The notes below the pieces were generated by a model that did no database searches, was not told where the DNA came from, and worked only from the letters and a program-made list of their open reading frames with translations. This document shows positions 29,257 to 39,209 of a stretch of 64,000 bases of DNA, piece by piece. Source of the stretch: Alphaproteobacteria bacterium (GTDB lineage: Bacteria > Pseudomonadota > Alphaproteobacteria > UBA828); assembly GCA_965220745.1 (NCBI GenBank), contig CBDCQT010000012.1, positions 768,001 through 832,000 on the forward strand. The letters are read 5' to 3'. Position numbers and translations under genes: made by a program. The first letter of the stretch is position 1, and the number at the start of each line of letters is the position of its first letter.

Positions 29257-30365
29257 GGAGCGCTTTCCGGCGGCCAGTCCGGTGCCGGTGGTGGCGCGTC
29301 GAGGGGGCCGAGCCAGGTGACGTGGCCCATCTTGCGGCCGGCGCGGGTTTCCGCCTTGCCGTAGAGGTGGAGGTGCGCGGCCGGGTCCGCGGCGAGCGCC
29401 CGCCAGCGCTCGACATCGGCGCCGATCAGGTTCTTCATACAGGCGTTGGCCCGCCGTGCCGTGGAGCCCAACGGCAGGCCGCAGACGGCACGGATGTGCT
29501 GCGCAAACTGACTGGTCTCGCAGCCCTCGATGGTCCAGTGGCCCGAGTTGTGGACGCGGGGGGCGATCTCGTTGACCAGCAGCCGACCGTCCTCGGTGAC
29601 AAAGAGCTCGACGCAGAGCACGCCCACGTGGTCGAGCGCTTGGGCAATCCGTTCGGCGCCCTCCCGAGCAACCTCTGCGAGGGCAGGGGGGAGGCTCGCC
29701 GGCGCCAGCGTCACGTCGAGAATGCCGTTCACGTGGCGGTTCTCGACCGGGTCGAAGCATGCGATCCGCCCGTCCGGCGCGCGGGCCACGATCACCGAGA
29801 CCTCACGCTCGACGGGCGCGAATGCTTCCAGGATTGCCGGACGGCTGCCGAGGGTGTCGCGCCATGCCATGAGCAGATCGTTGCCTGCGGCCAGCACCAC
29901 CTGACCCTTGCCGTCGTAGCCGAGGGTCTGGGTCTTGAGCACGGCGGGCCGGCCGATGCGGGCATCGGCAGCTGCGTTGTCGGCACCCACCTCGACCGCC
30001 GCATAGGGTGTCGTCTCCAAGCCGAGGCCGCGCACGAAATCCTTCTCGGCGATGCGATTCTGGGCGATGCGGAGCGATCCGGCCGCCGGCCGCACCGGCA
30101 CGCGCTCCGCGAGCCGCTCCAGCGCTAGTGCCGGTACGTTCTCGAACTCCGTGGTGACGACATCCACCGCCGCGCCGAAGGCGTCGAGGGCCGCGCGGTC
30201 GTCGTAAGACGCGACGGTCTCGGCGGCCGAGACCTGTGCGGCAGGGCCGCCGGGCTCCGGCGAGAAGACGTGGCAGCGGTAGCCGAGAGGTGCTCCGGCA
30301 ATCGCCAGCATCCGGCCGAGCTGGCCGCCGCCGAGAATGCCGACCGTGGCGCCAGGCGCAATCAC
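29253..30365 (-). CDS. purK: N5-carboxyaminoimidazole ribonucleotide synthase
   Basis: GILGGGQLGRM, EFENVP, GYDGKGQ, NEIAPRVHNSGHW, YGK...RKMGH; GTG start inferred. Confidence 0.95.
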   Translation of the reverse strand: MIAPGATVGILGGGQLGRMLAIAGAPLGYRCHVFSPEPGGPAAQVSAAETVASYDDRAALDAFGAAVDVVTTEFENVPALALERLAERVPVRPAAGSLRIAQNRIAEKDFVRGLGLETTPYAAVEVGADNAAADARIGRPAVLKTQTLGYDGKGQVVLAAGNDLLMAWRDTLGSRPAILEAFAPVEREVSVIVARAPDGRIACFDPVENRHVNGILDVTLAPASLPPALAEVAREGAERIAQALDHVGVLCVELFVTEDGRLLVNEIAPRVHNSGHWTIEGCETSQFAQHIRAVCGLPLGSTARRANACMKNLIGADVERWRALAADPAAHLHLYGKAETRAGRKMGHVTWLGPLDAPPPAPDWPPESAP

Positions 30366-30369
30366 GGGA

Positions 30370-30861
30370 TCAGGACTGCGGCGATTCGGCGACTGCGGCG
30401 GTCTGATTGGCGCGCCACTCGTCGAGCGCGGCGGCCACCCGCTCGTCGCCGAGGGCGACGATGGCGGCGGCGAGCAGGGCCGCGTTGACCGCGCCCGCCC
30501 GCCCGATGGCAACCGTACCGACCGGCACGCCGGCCGGCATCTGGACGATGGAGAGCAGGCTGTCCATGCCCTTGAGGCTCTTGCTCTCGACCGGCACGCC
30601 GATGACGGGCAGCGGCGTCATCGAGGCGGTCATGCCGGGTAGATGCGCCGCTCCGCCGGCGCCGGCCACGATCACCCTGAGGCCGCGGTCGCGGGCTTCG
30701 TCGGCGTAGGCATAGAGCCGCCTGGGCGTGCGGTGCGCGGAGACGATGCGGGTCTCGAACGGGACACCGAGCGCCTCAAGGGTCTCGGCGGCGTGGTGCA
30801 TGGTCTCCCAGTCCGACTGGCTCCCCATGATGATCCCGACCTGGGCGGTGGCCTCGCTCAT
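30370..30861 (-). CDS. purE: N5-CAIR mutase
   Basis: [29 protein letters not shown]. Confidence 0.97.
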   Translation of the reverse strand: MSEATAQVGIIMGSQSDWETMHHAAETLEALGVPFETRIVSAHRTPRRLYAYADEARDRGLRVIVAGAGGAAHLPGMTASMTPLPVIGVPVESKSLKGMDSLLSIVQMPAGVPVGTVAIGRAGAVNAALLAAAIVALGDERVAAALDEWRANQTAAVAESPQS

Positions 30862-30947
30862 GGCGCTCTCCCTTTACGCCTCACAAATTGGGGCGCGGCG
30901 TGCTACTTTACCGCCAGCAAGCGGCCGCGGGCAGTGCCGGGGTCGCC

Positions 30948-30976
30948 TTCACAGCCTCGGCGCGGCGTGCTATAGA
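30948..30976 (+). promoter_or_regulatory. Putative sigma70 promoter of rpsU (TTCACA-N17-TATAGA with extended TG)
   Basis: Exact 17-bp spacer, 50 bp upstream of the start; related copy at 30877-30909. Confidence 0.5.
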
Positions 30977-31026
30977 GCCGCCCGCCCAGGAATGAAACCC
31001 GAATTCTGAGGAAGGGAAGCAGAAAT

Positions 31027-31230
31027 TTGGTCCATGTAGTCGTACGCGAAAACAATGTCGATCAGGCGCTGAAGGCCCTCAAAAAGAAAATGCAGCGTGA
31101 GGGAATTTTCCGGGAAATGAAGATGCGCCGCCACTACGAGAAGCCCTCGGAGCGGCGGGCGCGGGAAAAGGCGGAAGCGGTCCGCCGTGCCCGGAAACTC
31201 GCTCGCAAGCGCGCCCAGCGGGAGGAATAA
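31027..31230 (+). CDS. rpsU: 30S ribosomal protein S21
   Basis: [28 protein letters not shown]; TTG start. Confidence 0.97.
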   Translation: MVHVVVRENNVDQALKALKKKMQREGIFREMKMRRHYEKPSERRAREKAEAVRRARKLARKRAQREE

Positions 31231-31337
31231 CCCCCGCCAATTGCGGCCTCGCGACGCCGCGAATTACTCTGAGAAATTTTCACGCTGGGCCGGTTGCCGC
31301 GGCGCGGAGTTCGCCTGCATTTAAATGAAACGAGGGG

Positions 31338-32720
31338 TCAGAGGGACTTTACGATCTCTTCGACCATTTTCTTGGCGTCGCCGAAAAGCATCATCGTGTT
31401 GTCCCGGTAGAACACCGGGTTGTCGATGCCCGCATAGCCCGGCGCCAGCGAGCGCTTGACGAACAACACCGTCTTGCAGAGCTCCACGTCGAGAATCGGC
31501 ATGCCCGCAATCGGGCTCTGGGGGTCGGTCTTCGCAACCGGATTGACCACGTCGTTGGCGCCGATCACGAGGGCAACATCGGTGTTGGGCATGTCGCTGT
31601 TGATGTCCTCCAGCTCGAAGACCTCGTCGTAGGGGACATTGGCCTCGGCCAGCAGCACGTTCATGTGGCCCGGCATGCGGCCCGCCACCGGATGGATGGC
31701 GTAGCGGACGTCGACCCCCTCCTTTTGGAGCATACCGGCCATCTCGCGTATAGCGTGCTGGGCCTGCGCGACGGCGAGGCCGTAACCCGGCACGATCACC
31801 ACGGAGCCTGCGTTGCGCATGATGAAGGCGGCGTCGTCCGCGCTGCCCGCCTTGTGGGTGCGGTCGGTTGCGGAGACGGACTTCGAGGAATCGGTGCCGA
31901 AGCCGCCGAGAATCACGCTGATGAAGGAGCGGTTCATCGCGCGGCACATGATGTAGCTCAGGATCGCGCCGGCCGAGCCCACCAGGGCGCCGACCACGAT
32001 GAGCACCGTGTTTTCCAGCGTGAAGCCGATACCCGCCGCCGCCCATCCCGAATAGGAGTTCAGCATCGAGATGACCACCGGCATGTCGGCACCGCCGATG
32101 GGGACGATCAGCAGCACGCCGAAGAGCAACGCGAGGCCGGTCATGGCCCAGAACACGCTCTCCTGCTGCTCGATGGAGAAGACCACGCCCAGCGCAATGA
32201 TCGCGATGATGAGGGCGAGGTTGAGCAGGTGCTGGCCGCGGAAGACCAGCGGCGCGCCGGTCATCAATTCCTGAAGCTTGGCGAAGGCGACGACCGATCC
32301 CGTAAAGGTCAGCGCGCCGATCACCACGCCGAAGCACATCTCGATTCGGCTCACCAGTCTGATGTCGCCGGGCGTGCCGATGTGGAAGGTCTCCGGCGCG
32401 TAGAAGGCTGCGCCTGCGACCAGCACGGCGGCGAGCCCCACCAGGCTGTGGAACCCCGCCACGAGTTGGGGCATCGCGGTCATGCGGATTCGGAGTGCGA
32501 TCAGCGTGCCGATCAGGCCGCCGACCACGATGCCGACGCCGACCCACAAGTAGTCCTCGACCCCCGGCTGGCCGAGAGTCGTGCCAATGGCGATCACCAT
32601 GCCGGCGATGCCGAAGATATTGCCGCTGCGCGCGGTCGCGGGCGACGAAAGGCCACGCAAGGCCATGATGAAACAGACGCCAGCGATCAGATAGAGAATC
32701 GCTGCCAGATTGGAGGTCAT
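31338..32720 (-). CDS. pntB: NAD(P) transhydrogenase subunit beta
   Basis: MPQLVA.FHS.VG, IGGADMPVV, HPVAGRMPGHMNVLLAEA, GANDVVNP. Confidence 0.97.
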   Translation of the reverse strand: MTSNLAAILYLIAGVCFIMALRGLSSPATARSGNIFGIAGMVIAIGTTLGQPGVEDYLWVGVGIVVGGLIGTLIALRIRMTAMPQLVAGFHSLVGLAAVLVAGAAFYAPETFHIGTPGDIRLVSRIEMCFGVVIGALTFTGSVVAFAKLQELMTGAPLVFRGQHLLNLALIIAIIALGVVFSIEQQESVFWAMTGLALLFGVLLIVPIGGADMPVVISMLNSYSGWAAAGIGFTLENTVLIVVGALVGSAGAILSYIMCRAMNRSFISVILGGFGTDSSKSVSATDRTHKAGSADDAAFIMRNAGSVVIVPGYGLAVAQAQHAIREMAGMLQKEGVDVRYAIHPVAGRMPGHMNVLLAEANVPYDEVFELEDINSDMPNTDVALVIGANDVVNPVAKTDPQSPIAGMPILDVELCKTVLFVKRSLAPGYAGIDNPVFYRDNTMMLFGDAKKMVEEIVKSL

Positions 32721-32732
32721 GGGGAGCGCCGC

Positions 32733-33035
32733 CTATTTCTTCTTCTTGAACATCGACAGCATTCGTTGTGTGACCGTGAATCCTCCGAATATGTTGACGG
32801 CCGCAAGGCCGACGGCGACACCGCCCAATATCTTGGCCAGGACACTGCCCTCGGCAGGCGTCGCCGCCAACAACGCGCCCACGATGATCACGCTCGAAAT
32901 GGCGTTCGTGACCGACATGAGCGGCGTGTGCAGCGCCGGCGTGACGCTCCACACCACGTAGTATCCGATGAACACGGCGAGCACGAAAACCGTGATGGCA
33001 ATGACCAGGGGATGCAGTTCGAGCACGTGCTCCAC
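32733..33035 (-). CDS. pntA: NAD(P) transhydrogenase subunit alpha part 2 (membrane)
   Basis: [31 protein letters not shown]; GTG start with GAGGA RBS. Confidence 0.93.
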   Translation of the reverse strand: MEHVLELHPLVIAITVFVLAVFIGYYVVWSVTPALHTPLMSVTNAISSVIIVGALLAATPAEGSVLAKILGGVAVGLAAVNIFGGFTVTQRMLSMFKKKK

Positions 33036-33037
33036 GG

Positions 33038-34189
33038 TTACATTTCCTCGCCTTCGAGCGCCGGGTTCACCACCGCCCCGCCCCTGGTCAGCAAGGCCCC
33101 CCGTATCACCTCGTCCTCCCAGTCGATCTCGAGCGAACGGCTTTCCTGATTGACCATCGGTTGGATGAAGTTGAACAGGTTGCGGGCGTAGAGCGTGCTG
33201 GTATCGACCGGAACCCGCGCCGGATAGTTGGCGTGGCCGATGATGGTGACGCCGTGGCGCACGACCACCTGGTCGTAGGCGCTCAGCGCGCAATTGCCGC
33301 CGCTCTCGACAGCCAGATCCACGATGACCGAGCCGGGCTTCATGTCCTTGACCATCGCCTCGGTGATCAATTCCGGGGCGGGCTTGCCCGGAATTTGCGC
33401 GGTGGTGATGCAAATGTCCTGCTTCGTGAGCGTCTCGTGAATCAATGCGGCCTGACGCGCCTTGTACAGGTCGCCCATCTCCCTGGCGTAGCCACCGGCG
33501 GTCTCGGCATCGCCGGCGTCGGCGTCCACGGAGATGAACTTGGCGCCCAGGCTCTCGACCTGCTCCTTGACGGCGGGGCGCACGTCGAAGGCGGAGACCA
33601 GCCCGCCCAGCCGCTTGGCGGTCGCGATCGCCTGAAGACCGGCGACGCCCGCGCCAAGCACGACGACCCGCGCCGGGGCCACGGTGCCGGCGGCGGTCAT
33701 CATCATCGGCAGAATCCGGCCGAAATGATCGGCGGCGTCAATCACCGCCTTGTAGCCCGCGATGTTGCTCTGCGACGACAGCGCATCCATCGATTGTGCG
33801 CGGCTGATGCGCGGGATCAGCTCCATCGCGAAGGAGGTGACTCCGAGTGACGCGTAGCGATCGACCTGCTCGCGCTGTTGCAACGGTGCAAGCAGGCCCA
33901 CCAGCACCGCATCGGAATTCAAGAGAGAGAGCTCGTCGGCCGCGTTTCCGTCACAGAGCGGAGCGCGGACCTTGGTGACGAGGTCGGCGTCGCCGTAGAC
34001 GGTCTTTGCGTCGACGACGATGTGGGCGCCCGCCTCCGCCAGCACTTCGTCCGACATCTGAGCGCCCGCGCCGGCGCCGCTTTCAACCAGCACCTCGACG
34101 CCGAGCGCCTTGAATTTCCTGATCGAGTCCGGGGAGGCGGCAATGCGGGTCTCGCCCGGGACGATTTCCTTCGGAACCCCGATCCTCAT
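33038..34189 (-). CDS. pntA: NAD(P) transhydrogenase subunit alpha part 1 (NAD-binding)
   Basis: [36 protein letters not shown]. Confidence 0.95.
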   Translation of the reverse strand: MRIGVPKEIVPGETRIAASPDSIRKFKALGVEVLVESGAGAGAQMSDEVLAEAGAHIVVDAKTVYGDADLVTKVRAPLCDGNAADELSLLNSDAVLVGLLAPLQQREQVDRYASLGVTSFAMELIPRISRAQSMDALSSQSNIAGYKAVIDAADHFGRILPMMMTAAGTVAPARVVVLGAGVAGLQAIATAKRLGGLVSAFDVRPAVKEQVESLGAKFISVDADAGDAETAGGYAREMGDLYKARQAALIHETLTKQDICITTAQIPGKPAPELITEAMVKDMKPGSVIVDLAVESGGNCALSAYDQVVVRHGVTIIGHANYPARVPVDTSTLYARNLFNFIQPMVNQESRSLEIDWEDEVIRGALLTRGGAVVNPALEGEEM

Positions 34190-34317
34190 ACGCGCATCGA
34201 CTCCGCCTGCCCGGGAGCGGCGCCACAATGCCCCGCGCGGTGCGGTTTGCCAAGACCGGGGGCGCGGGTTCTCACGGAGGGTTGATCCGGGCGCACAATG
34301 CGCATTGCCACCGCGTA

Positions 34318-35664
34318 TCAGGCCGCCTCGGGCACCCCGCAGCCTTCCAGTGCGGTGGTCTGCCGGCGGGTCAACTGCGCGGCGTCGAAATCCTCGATCA
34401 GCGCCTCGTAGAGCCGGTGCCAGTTGAGCTCGGCCTTGAGGTGCAAATAGACCGAGCCGAGACCGATCGCCGAGCGGTCAATCAGCACGAACTCGCGCGG
34501 TGGCGTGACGCCGCCAAGGCGCCGGATCTCCCGGTGCGTCTTGGCCGCGACCGCGCCGCCGTAGCGCGCGTTCCCCGATTCGTCGATCAACCGGGCGCGG
34601 TCGTCGATCAGCGGCCCGTAAATGTAATTGGCCCAGATGTTGAGCGCGTCGACCATCTCGTTGGAGAGATCGCTGAAGCCCCAGGTCTCGTAGGCGTGCA
34701 CCGCGAGGTCGCGGTCCTCGTCCCGCACCGCGTAGTAGAGGTCGATAATGCCTTGCACGAAGCGGCTTTCGAACACGCGGATGCAGCCGTAGTCGAGGAG
34801 ATTGACCGTGCCGTCCTCACGCACCGTGTAGTTGCCGAGATGCGGGTCGCCGTGGAGAACGCCATAGCGGTACAGCGGCACGTACCAGGCGTCGAACATG
34901 CGGCGCGCGATGTCGTTGCGTTGCTCGGCCGGGGCCTCCTTGAAGTCGAGCAGCGGGGCGCCGTCGAGCCAGTTCATGGTGAGCAGCCGCCGCGTCGAGA
35001 GGGCGGCGTCCACCGCCGGCACGTGAACGCCGGGATCGTCGCGCAGCATCTCGCCGTAGAGAGCCATGTGGCGGGCCTCGCGCTCGTAGTCGAGCTCTTC
35101 GCGCAGCCGCGCCGCGATCTCGGCGTGGATCTCGCCGGTCTCGATGGCCGGGTCGTAGCGGGCATAGACGGCGAAGATCAGCTTGAGTTGGCGGATATCG
35201 GCCGCCACGGCGGACGCCATGTCCGGGTATTGCAGCTTGCAGGCAAGCGCCGTGCCATCGTGCGCCGTGGCGCGGTGAACCTGGCCGAGAGAGGCCGCGG
35301 CCACCGCTTCCGTCTCGAAGTCGGCGAATGCGGAGCGCCAGTCAGGGCCGAGCTCGGCGGCCATGCGCCGCTTGACGAAGCCCCAGCCCATCGCCGGCGC
35401 GCGCGACTGGAGGGCGCCGAGGGCGTCGGCGTATTCGTCGGGCAGGCCGCCGGGGATCGTCGACAGCAGTTGCGCGACCTTCATCAGCGGCCCCTTGAGG
35501 CCGCCGAGGGCGCGCTTCAGGTCCTCGGCGTTCCGCTCCCGGTCGGTTGGCATGCCGAGATAGCGCTGGCCCGCCATGCGCGCCGCGATTCCGCCTACCG
35601 AAGTGCCGACCCGCGCATAGCGGCGCACCCGCCCGCTCAGCCTGTCGTCTTCGCGATCCGGCAC
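34318..35664 (-). CDS. AarF/ABC1/UbiB atypical kinase
   Basis: LKGPLMKVAQ, AAASLGQVH, KLQYP, EELDY, HGDPHLGN, LDYG. Confidence 0.92.
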   Translation of the reverse strand: MPDREDDRLSGRVRRYARVGTSVGGIAARMAGQRYLGMPTDRERNAEDLKRALGGLKGPLMKVAQLLSTIPGGLPDEYADALGALQSRAPAMGWGFVKRRMAAELGPDWRSAFADFETEAVAAASLGQVHRATAHDGTALACKLQYPDMASAVAADIRQLKLIFAVYARYDPAIETGEIHAEIAARLREELDYEREARHMALYGEMLRDDPGVHVPAVDAALSTRRLLTMNWLDGAPLLDFKEAPAEQRNDIARRMFDAWYVPLYRYGVLHGDPHLGNYTVREDGTVNLLDYGCIRVFESRFVQGIIDLYYAVRDEDRDLAVHAYETWGFSDLSNEMVDALNIWANYIYGPLIDDRARLIDESGNARYGGAVAAKTHREIRRLGGVTPPREFVLIDRSAIGLGSVYLHLKAELNWHRLYEALIEDFDAAQLTRRQTTALEGCGVPEAA

Positions 35665-35816
35665 GATTGATGCCTCTATGCTCGCTACCCATTGGCCAGG
35701 GCCGCGTTGCGGCGCGTCACCCCATTCGATAAATCATACCATCGTCCCTTTCTTCGGCCGTATGGGCGCGGCATCGGACGGAGCGAGCGCGGACCCGGAG
35801 CGGAGCGGAGACCCTC

Positions 35817-36830
35817 ATGCTGGAAAAATTCGAACGGTATCCGTTGACCTTCGGCCCGACGCCCATCGAGAAGCTGAATCGGCTCTCCGAGCATCTGGGC
35901 GGTGCGGTCGAGCTCTATGCCAAGCGCGACGACTGCAATTCGGGCCTCGCCTTCGGCGGCAACAAGATCCGCAAGCTCGAATACATCGTGCCCGACGCCA
36001 TCGCGTCGAACGCCGATACCCTCGTCACCATCGGCGGCGTGCAGTCCAACCATACGCGGCAGGTCGCGGCGGTCGCCGCGAAGCTCGGCATGAAGTGCCG
36101 CCTGGTGCAGGAGAGCTGGGTGCCGTTCGAGGACGCCGTTTACGATCGGGTCGGGAACATCCTGATGAGCCGCGTGATGGGCGCGGAGATCGAGCTGGTC
36201 GACGAGGGCTTCGACATCGGAATTCGGGAGAGCTGGGAGCGCGCGCTTGACGACGTGAAGGCGAAGGGCGGGAAGCCCTATCCCATTCCGGCGGGTGCCT
36301 CGGTTCACAAGTATGGCGGGCTCGGCTACGTCGGCTTCGCCGAGGAGGTGCGGGCGCAGGAGGCGGAGCTCGGCGTCAGGTTCGACTACATCATCGTCTG
36401 CACCGTCACTGGCTCGACCCACGCCGGCATGCTGGTGGGATTCGCGACGGACGGCCGCGCCGACAGGGTCATCGGCGTCGACGCATCGGGGACGCCGGCG
36501 CAGACCCGCGCGCAGGTGATGGAGATCGCCCGCAACACGGCGGCGCTGGTGGAACTCGGCCGCGCCGTCACCGACGACGATCTCGTCCTGCTCGAGGACT
36601 ACGCCTATCCCGCCTACGGCGTGCCGTCTGCCGAGACCAACGACGCGATTCGCCTCGCCGCCCGCACGGAAGGGCTGATGACCGATCCGGTCTACGAGGG
36701 GAAATCCATGCAGGGCATGATCGACCTGGTACGGAAGGGGTACTTCCCGGCAGGCTCCAAGGTTCTCTACGCCCATCTCGGCGGCGTGCCCGCCATCAAC
36801 GGCTACAGCTACGTCTATCGCAACGGCTAG
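35817..36830 (+). CDS. acdS: 1-aminocyclopropane-1-carboxylate deaminase
   Basis: [34 protein letters not shown] (diagnostic Glu) and YAHLGG (diagnostic Leu), which separate AcdS from D-cysteine desulfhydrase. Confidence 0.95.
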   Translation: MLEKFERYPLTFGPTPIEKLNRLSEHLGGAVELYAKRDDCNSGLAFGGNKIRKLEYIVPDAIASNADTLVTIGGVQSNHTRQVAAVAAKLGMKCRLVQESWVPFEDAVYDRVGNILMSRVMGAEIELVDEGFDIGIRESWERALDDVKAKGGKPYPIPAGASVHKYGGLGYVGFAEEVRAQEAELGVRFDYIIVCTVTGSTHAGMLVGFATDGRADRVIGVDASGTPAQTRAQVMEIARNTAALVELGRAVTDDDLVLLEDYAYPAYGVPSAETNDAIRLAARTEGLMTDPVYEGKSMQGMIDLVRKGYFPAGSKVLYAHLGGVPAINGYSYVYRNG

Positions 36831-36875
36831 CCGCAATCGGCAGCGCTGCTCATCTATCCCATGCAGGAGGGTGTC

Positions 36876-37697
36876 ATGGCCGCTCAACGCATCGGTTCCT
36901 ACGTCGAGGTCGCTCCCGGCGTCGACATCTACTACGAGGACGAGGGGGAGGGGCCTCCGCTGGTCCTGATTCCTGGCTGGACCTTCACGACCAGGGTCTT
37001 CGACCACCAGTTCGCGGCGTTCTCGGATCGTTACCGCGTCATCTCCTTCGACCCGCGCAGTCACGGCCGCTCGACCGTGACCAGCGACGGCAACAACTAC
37101 GCCACCCAAGCCGCCGATCTCGCCGCGCTTCTCGAACACCTCGAGGTCGAGAACCCGGTTATTGCAGGCTGGTCTGCGGGCTCGCTGACCGCGTGGCACC
37201 ACGTCCGCAATCGGGGCACGGACGGCATTCGCGCGCTCGTCTCCATCGACATGCCGCCGCTCGGGATGAGCTACGACAAGAGCGATTGGGTCGAGGGGGC
37301 GATCGACGCTCTCGCTGGGTTCTTCCAGGGGGTGCAGACCGCGCAGGGGCAACGCGGTGTCGTCATCTGGTACGCCGACAACGTGATGATCGAAGGCGAG
37401 ATGTCGTCGGAGGTGACCGCCTGGATTGTCGAGCAGTCGCTCGCGACGCCGCCGCTCATCGCCGCCAACCTCATCGCCGACGTGTGCTTCGCGAACTATC
37501 TGGAAGAGGCGAAGCAGGTGGACGCGAACATACCGTCGATCTTCTACGTCGCCGACCACTGGGCCGAGACCGCCAAGCCGTTCCTCGCCAAGCATTGCCC
37601 CAACTCGCGGGTGGAGGCCTTCGGCGGCCATATGATGTTTTGGGAGTATCCCGACAAGTTCAACGAGAGCCTGGCGGAGTTCCTTTCGGCTCTCTAG
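36876..37697 (+). CDS. Alpha/beta hydrolase
   Basis: LIPGW, DPRSHGRS, GWSAG nucleophile elbow, GGH; GGAGG RBS. Confidence 0.9.
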   Translation: MAAQRIGSYVEVAPGVDIYYEDEGEGPPLVLIPGWTFTTRVFDHQFAAFSDRYRVISFDPRSHGRSTVTSDGNNYATQAADLAALLEHLEVENPVIAGWSAGSLTAWHHVRNRGTDGIRALVSIDMPPLGMSYDKSDWVEGAIDALAGFFQGVQTAQGQRGVVIWYADNVMIEGEMSSEVTAWIVEQSLATPPLIAANLIADVCFANYLEEAKQVDANIPSIFYVADHWAETAKPFLAKHCPNSRVEAFGGHMMFWEYPDKFNESLAEFLSAL

Positions 37698-37702
37698 CAT
37701 TT

Positions 37703-37811
37703 ATTCGCTCACGGCAGCCGGCCTGCGGCCGGCGCCTCCGCGAGGGCGCCGCTGGCGCGGCGGGCCGCGGTCGCGGCCTGTCGCGCGTCCGTCAAAGACG
37801 GACACGCTCCA
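37703..37811. repeat. Multi-hairpin intergenic palindromic element ending in a second copy of the GTCCGTC-AAA-GACGGAC hairpin
   Basis: Stems GCCGGCC/GGCCGGC, GGCGCC..GGCGCC and GGCCGCG/CGCGGCC; 37783-37811 matches 16932-16960. Confidence 0.65.
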
Positions 37812-37817
37812 ACGCGA

Positions 37818-38249
37818 CTACCGCTCGACGATGGCGACGTTGGAGATCCAGCGCTGCTTGCGGCGTGCGAGCCGGCCGGGCACGTCCTCCGCCTCGTAGT
37901 CGGCGATGGGGACGGACGCCCGGTCCACGTCGAGCGGCGGTTCCAGCAGGTTCGAATTCAGGACGGAATAGAGGCGGCCCTCCATCTCGCACACGGCCGC
38001 GGCGATCACGCCGCAGCGGCCGCAGACGAGAAATGTCGCGGTCTCGTGGCCAAACGCATAGCGGCTCACCCGGTCGGGCTCGGTCAGCGTGATCGTGAGG
38101 CGGCCGGACGGCGCCGAGACGTAGAGGCTGCCGTGTTTCTGGCAGAAGCTGCAGCCGCAATGGCGCGGGGAGAGGGGGGTGTCGTCGTCGACCTCCAGCG
38201 CGACACCGATCGCGCCGCAATGGCAAGCACCTTCCAAGCTCTTTGCCAC
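37818..38249 (-). CDS. GFA/CENP-V family protein
   Basis: GACHCGAI, CGCSFCQKHG, CGRCG; GTG start with GGGAGA RBS. Confidence 0.87.
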   Translation of the reverse strand: MAKSLEGACHCGAIGVALEVDDDTPLSPRHCGCSFCQKHGSLYVSAPSGRLTITLTEPDRVSRYAFGHETATFLVCGRCGVIAAAVCEMEGRLYSVLNSNLLEPPLDVDRASVPIADYEAEDVPGRLARRKQRWISNVAIVER

Positions 38250-38368
38250 GGAAAATTCTCCCTTCGCCGTCACGGCGCCTTCGCGTCGACCCGCGACACG
38301 TCACTTGCGCAGCGTCGCGCAATCGCCGTATGCCCGTAAAGCCGACAGTCACGGACAGGGAGCCATCG

Positions 38369-39199
38369 ATGAGCCGCGACGACGCAAGGGGCGCGTCCAC
38401 GTCCACCTACACCATGGGCTACGGCCCCGAATTCCAGAAGATGCTCGAACGCAGGAACGCGGCGGACTGCGCCGCCCATCTGCTGCCGTACCTCAGACCC
38501 GGCATGCGCCTGCTCGACCTCGGCTGCGGCCCCGGCACGATTTCGGTGGGGCTGGCGGCTGCCGTCGCGCCCGGCGCGATGCACGGCATCGACATGGAGG
38601 CCTCCCAGATCGAGATGGCCAGCGCCGCCGCCAAGGCCGGCGGGCACGGCAAAGCGGTCTTTCAAGTGGGCGATGCGACCGACCTTCCCTTCGAGGACGC
38701 GTCCTTCGACGTGGCCCACTGCCACGCCCTGCTCAACCATGCCCCCGACACGCAGGCGGTGCTCGCCGAGGTCAAGCGCGTGCTGAAGCCCGGTGGACTC
38801 TTCGCCGCGCGGGAGGTGATCGGCGACTCATCACTCTTCGAGCCGGCGTTCGAAATGGGGATCAGCGGGTGGTCGACGTTCCTCAAGATGCTCGCGGCCA
38901 ATGGCGGCCACCCGCAGATGGGCAAGGAGCTGAAGCGCGCTCTCTTCGATGCCGGCTTCACGGACATCCACGCGACCGCGTCCTTCGAACCCTACAACAC
39001 GGCTGACGACCTCGCGTTTCTGCGGGGCTTGATCATCGGCTGGTTCTTTGCGCCAACGACCATGGAAGCGGCCATCAAGCATGGTCTTGCGAGCCAGGAG
39101 CAGTTCGAGGCCTGGCGTCAGTCCCTGGAGGAGTGGGTGACGGAGCCCGGCGCCTTCGCTGCGTTCGCCTGGGGCGAGGCGATCGGGCAGAAGCCGTGA
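38369..39199 (+). CDS. Class I SAM-dependent methyltransferase
   Basis: LLDLGCGPG, LPFEDASFD, RVLKPGG. Confidence 0.9.
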   Translation: MSRDDARGASTSTYTMGYGPEFQKMLERRNAADCAAHLLPYLRPGMRLLDLGCGPGTISVGLAAAVAPGAMHGIDMEASQIEMASAAAKAGGHGKAVFQVGDATDLPFEDASFDVAHCHALLNHAPDTQAVLAEVKRVLKPGGLFAAREVIGDSSLFEPAFEMGISGWSTFLKMLAANGGHPQMGKELKRALFDAGFTDIHATASFEPYNTADDLAFLRGLIIGWFFAPTTMEAAIKHGLASQEQFEAWRQSLEEWVTEPGAFAAFAWGEAIGQKP

Positions 39200-39209
39200 C
39201 GCGGCGCTG

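Noticed and set aside
35817-36830. D-cysteine desulfhydrase assignment
   Set aside because: YEGK and HLGG carry the ACC-deaminase-specific Glu and Leu.
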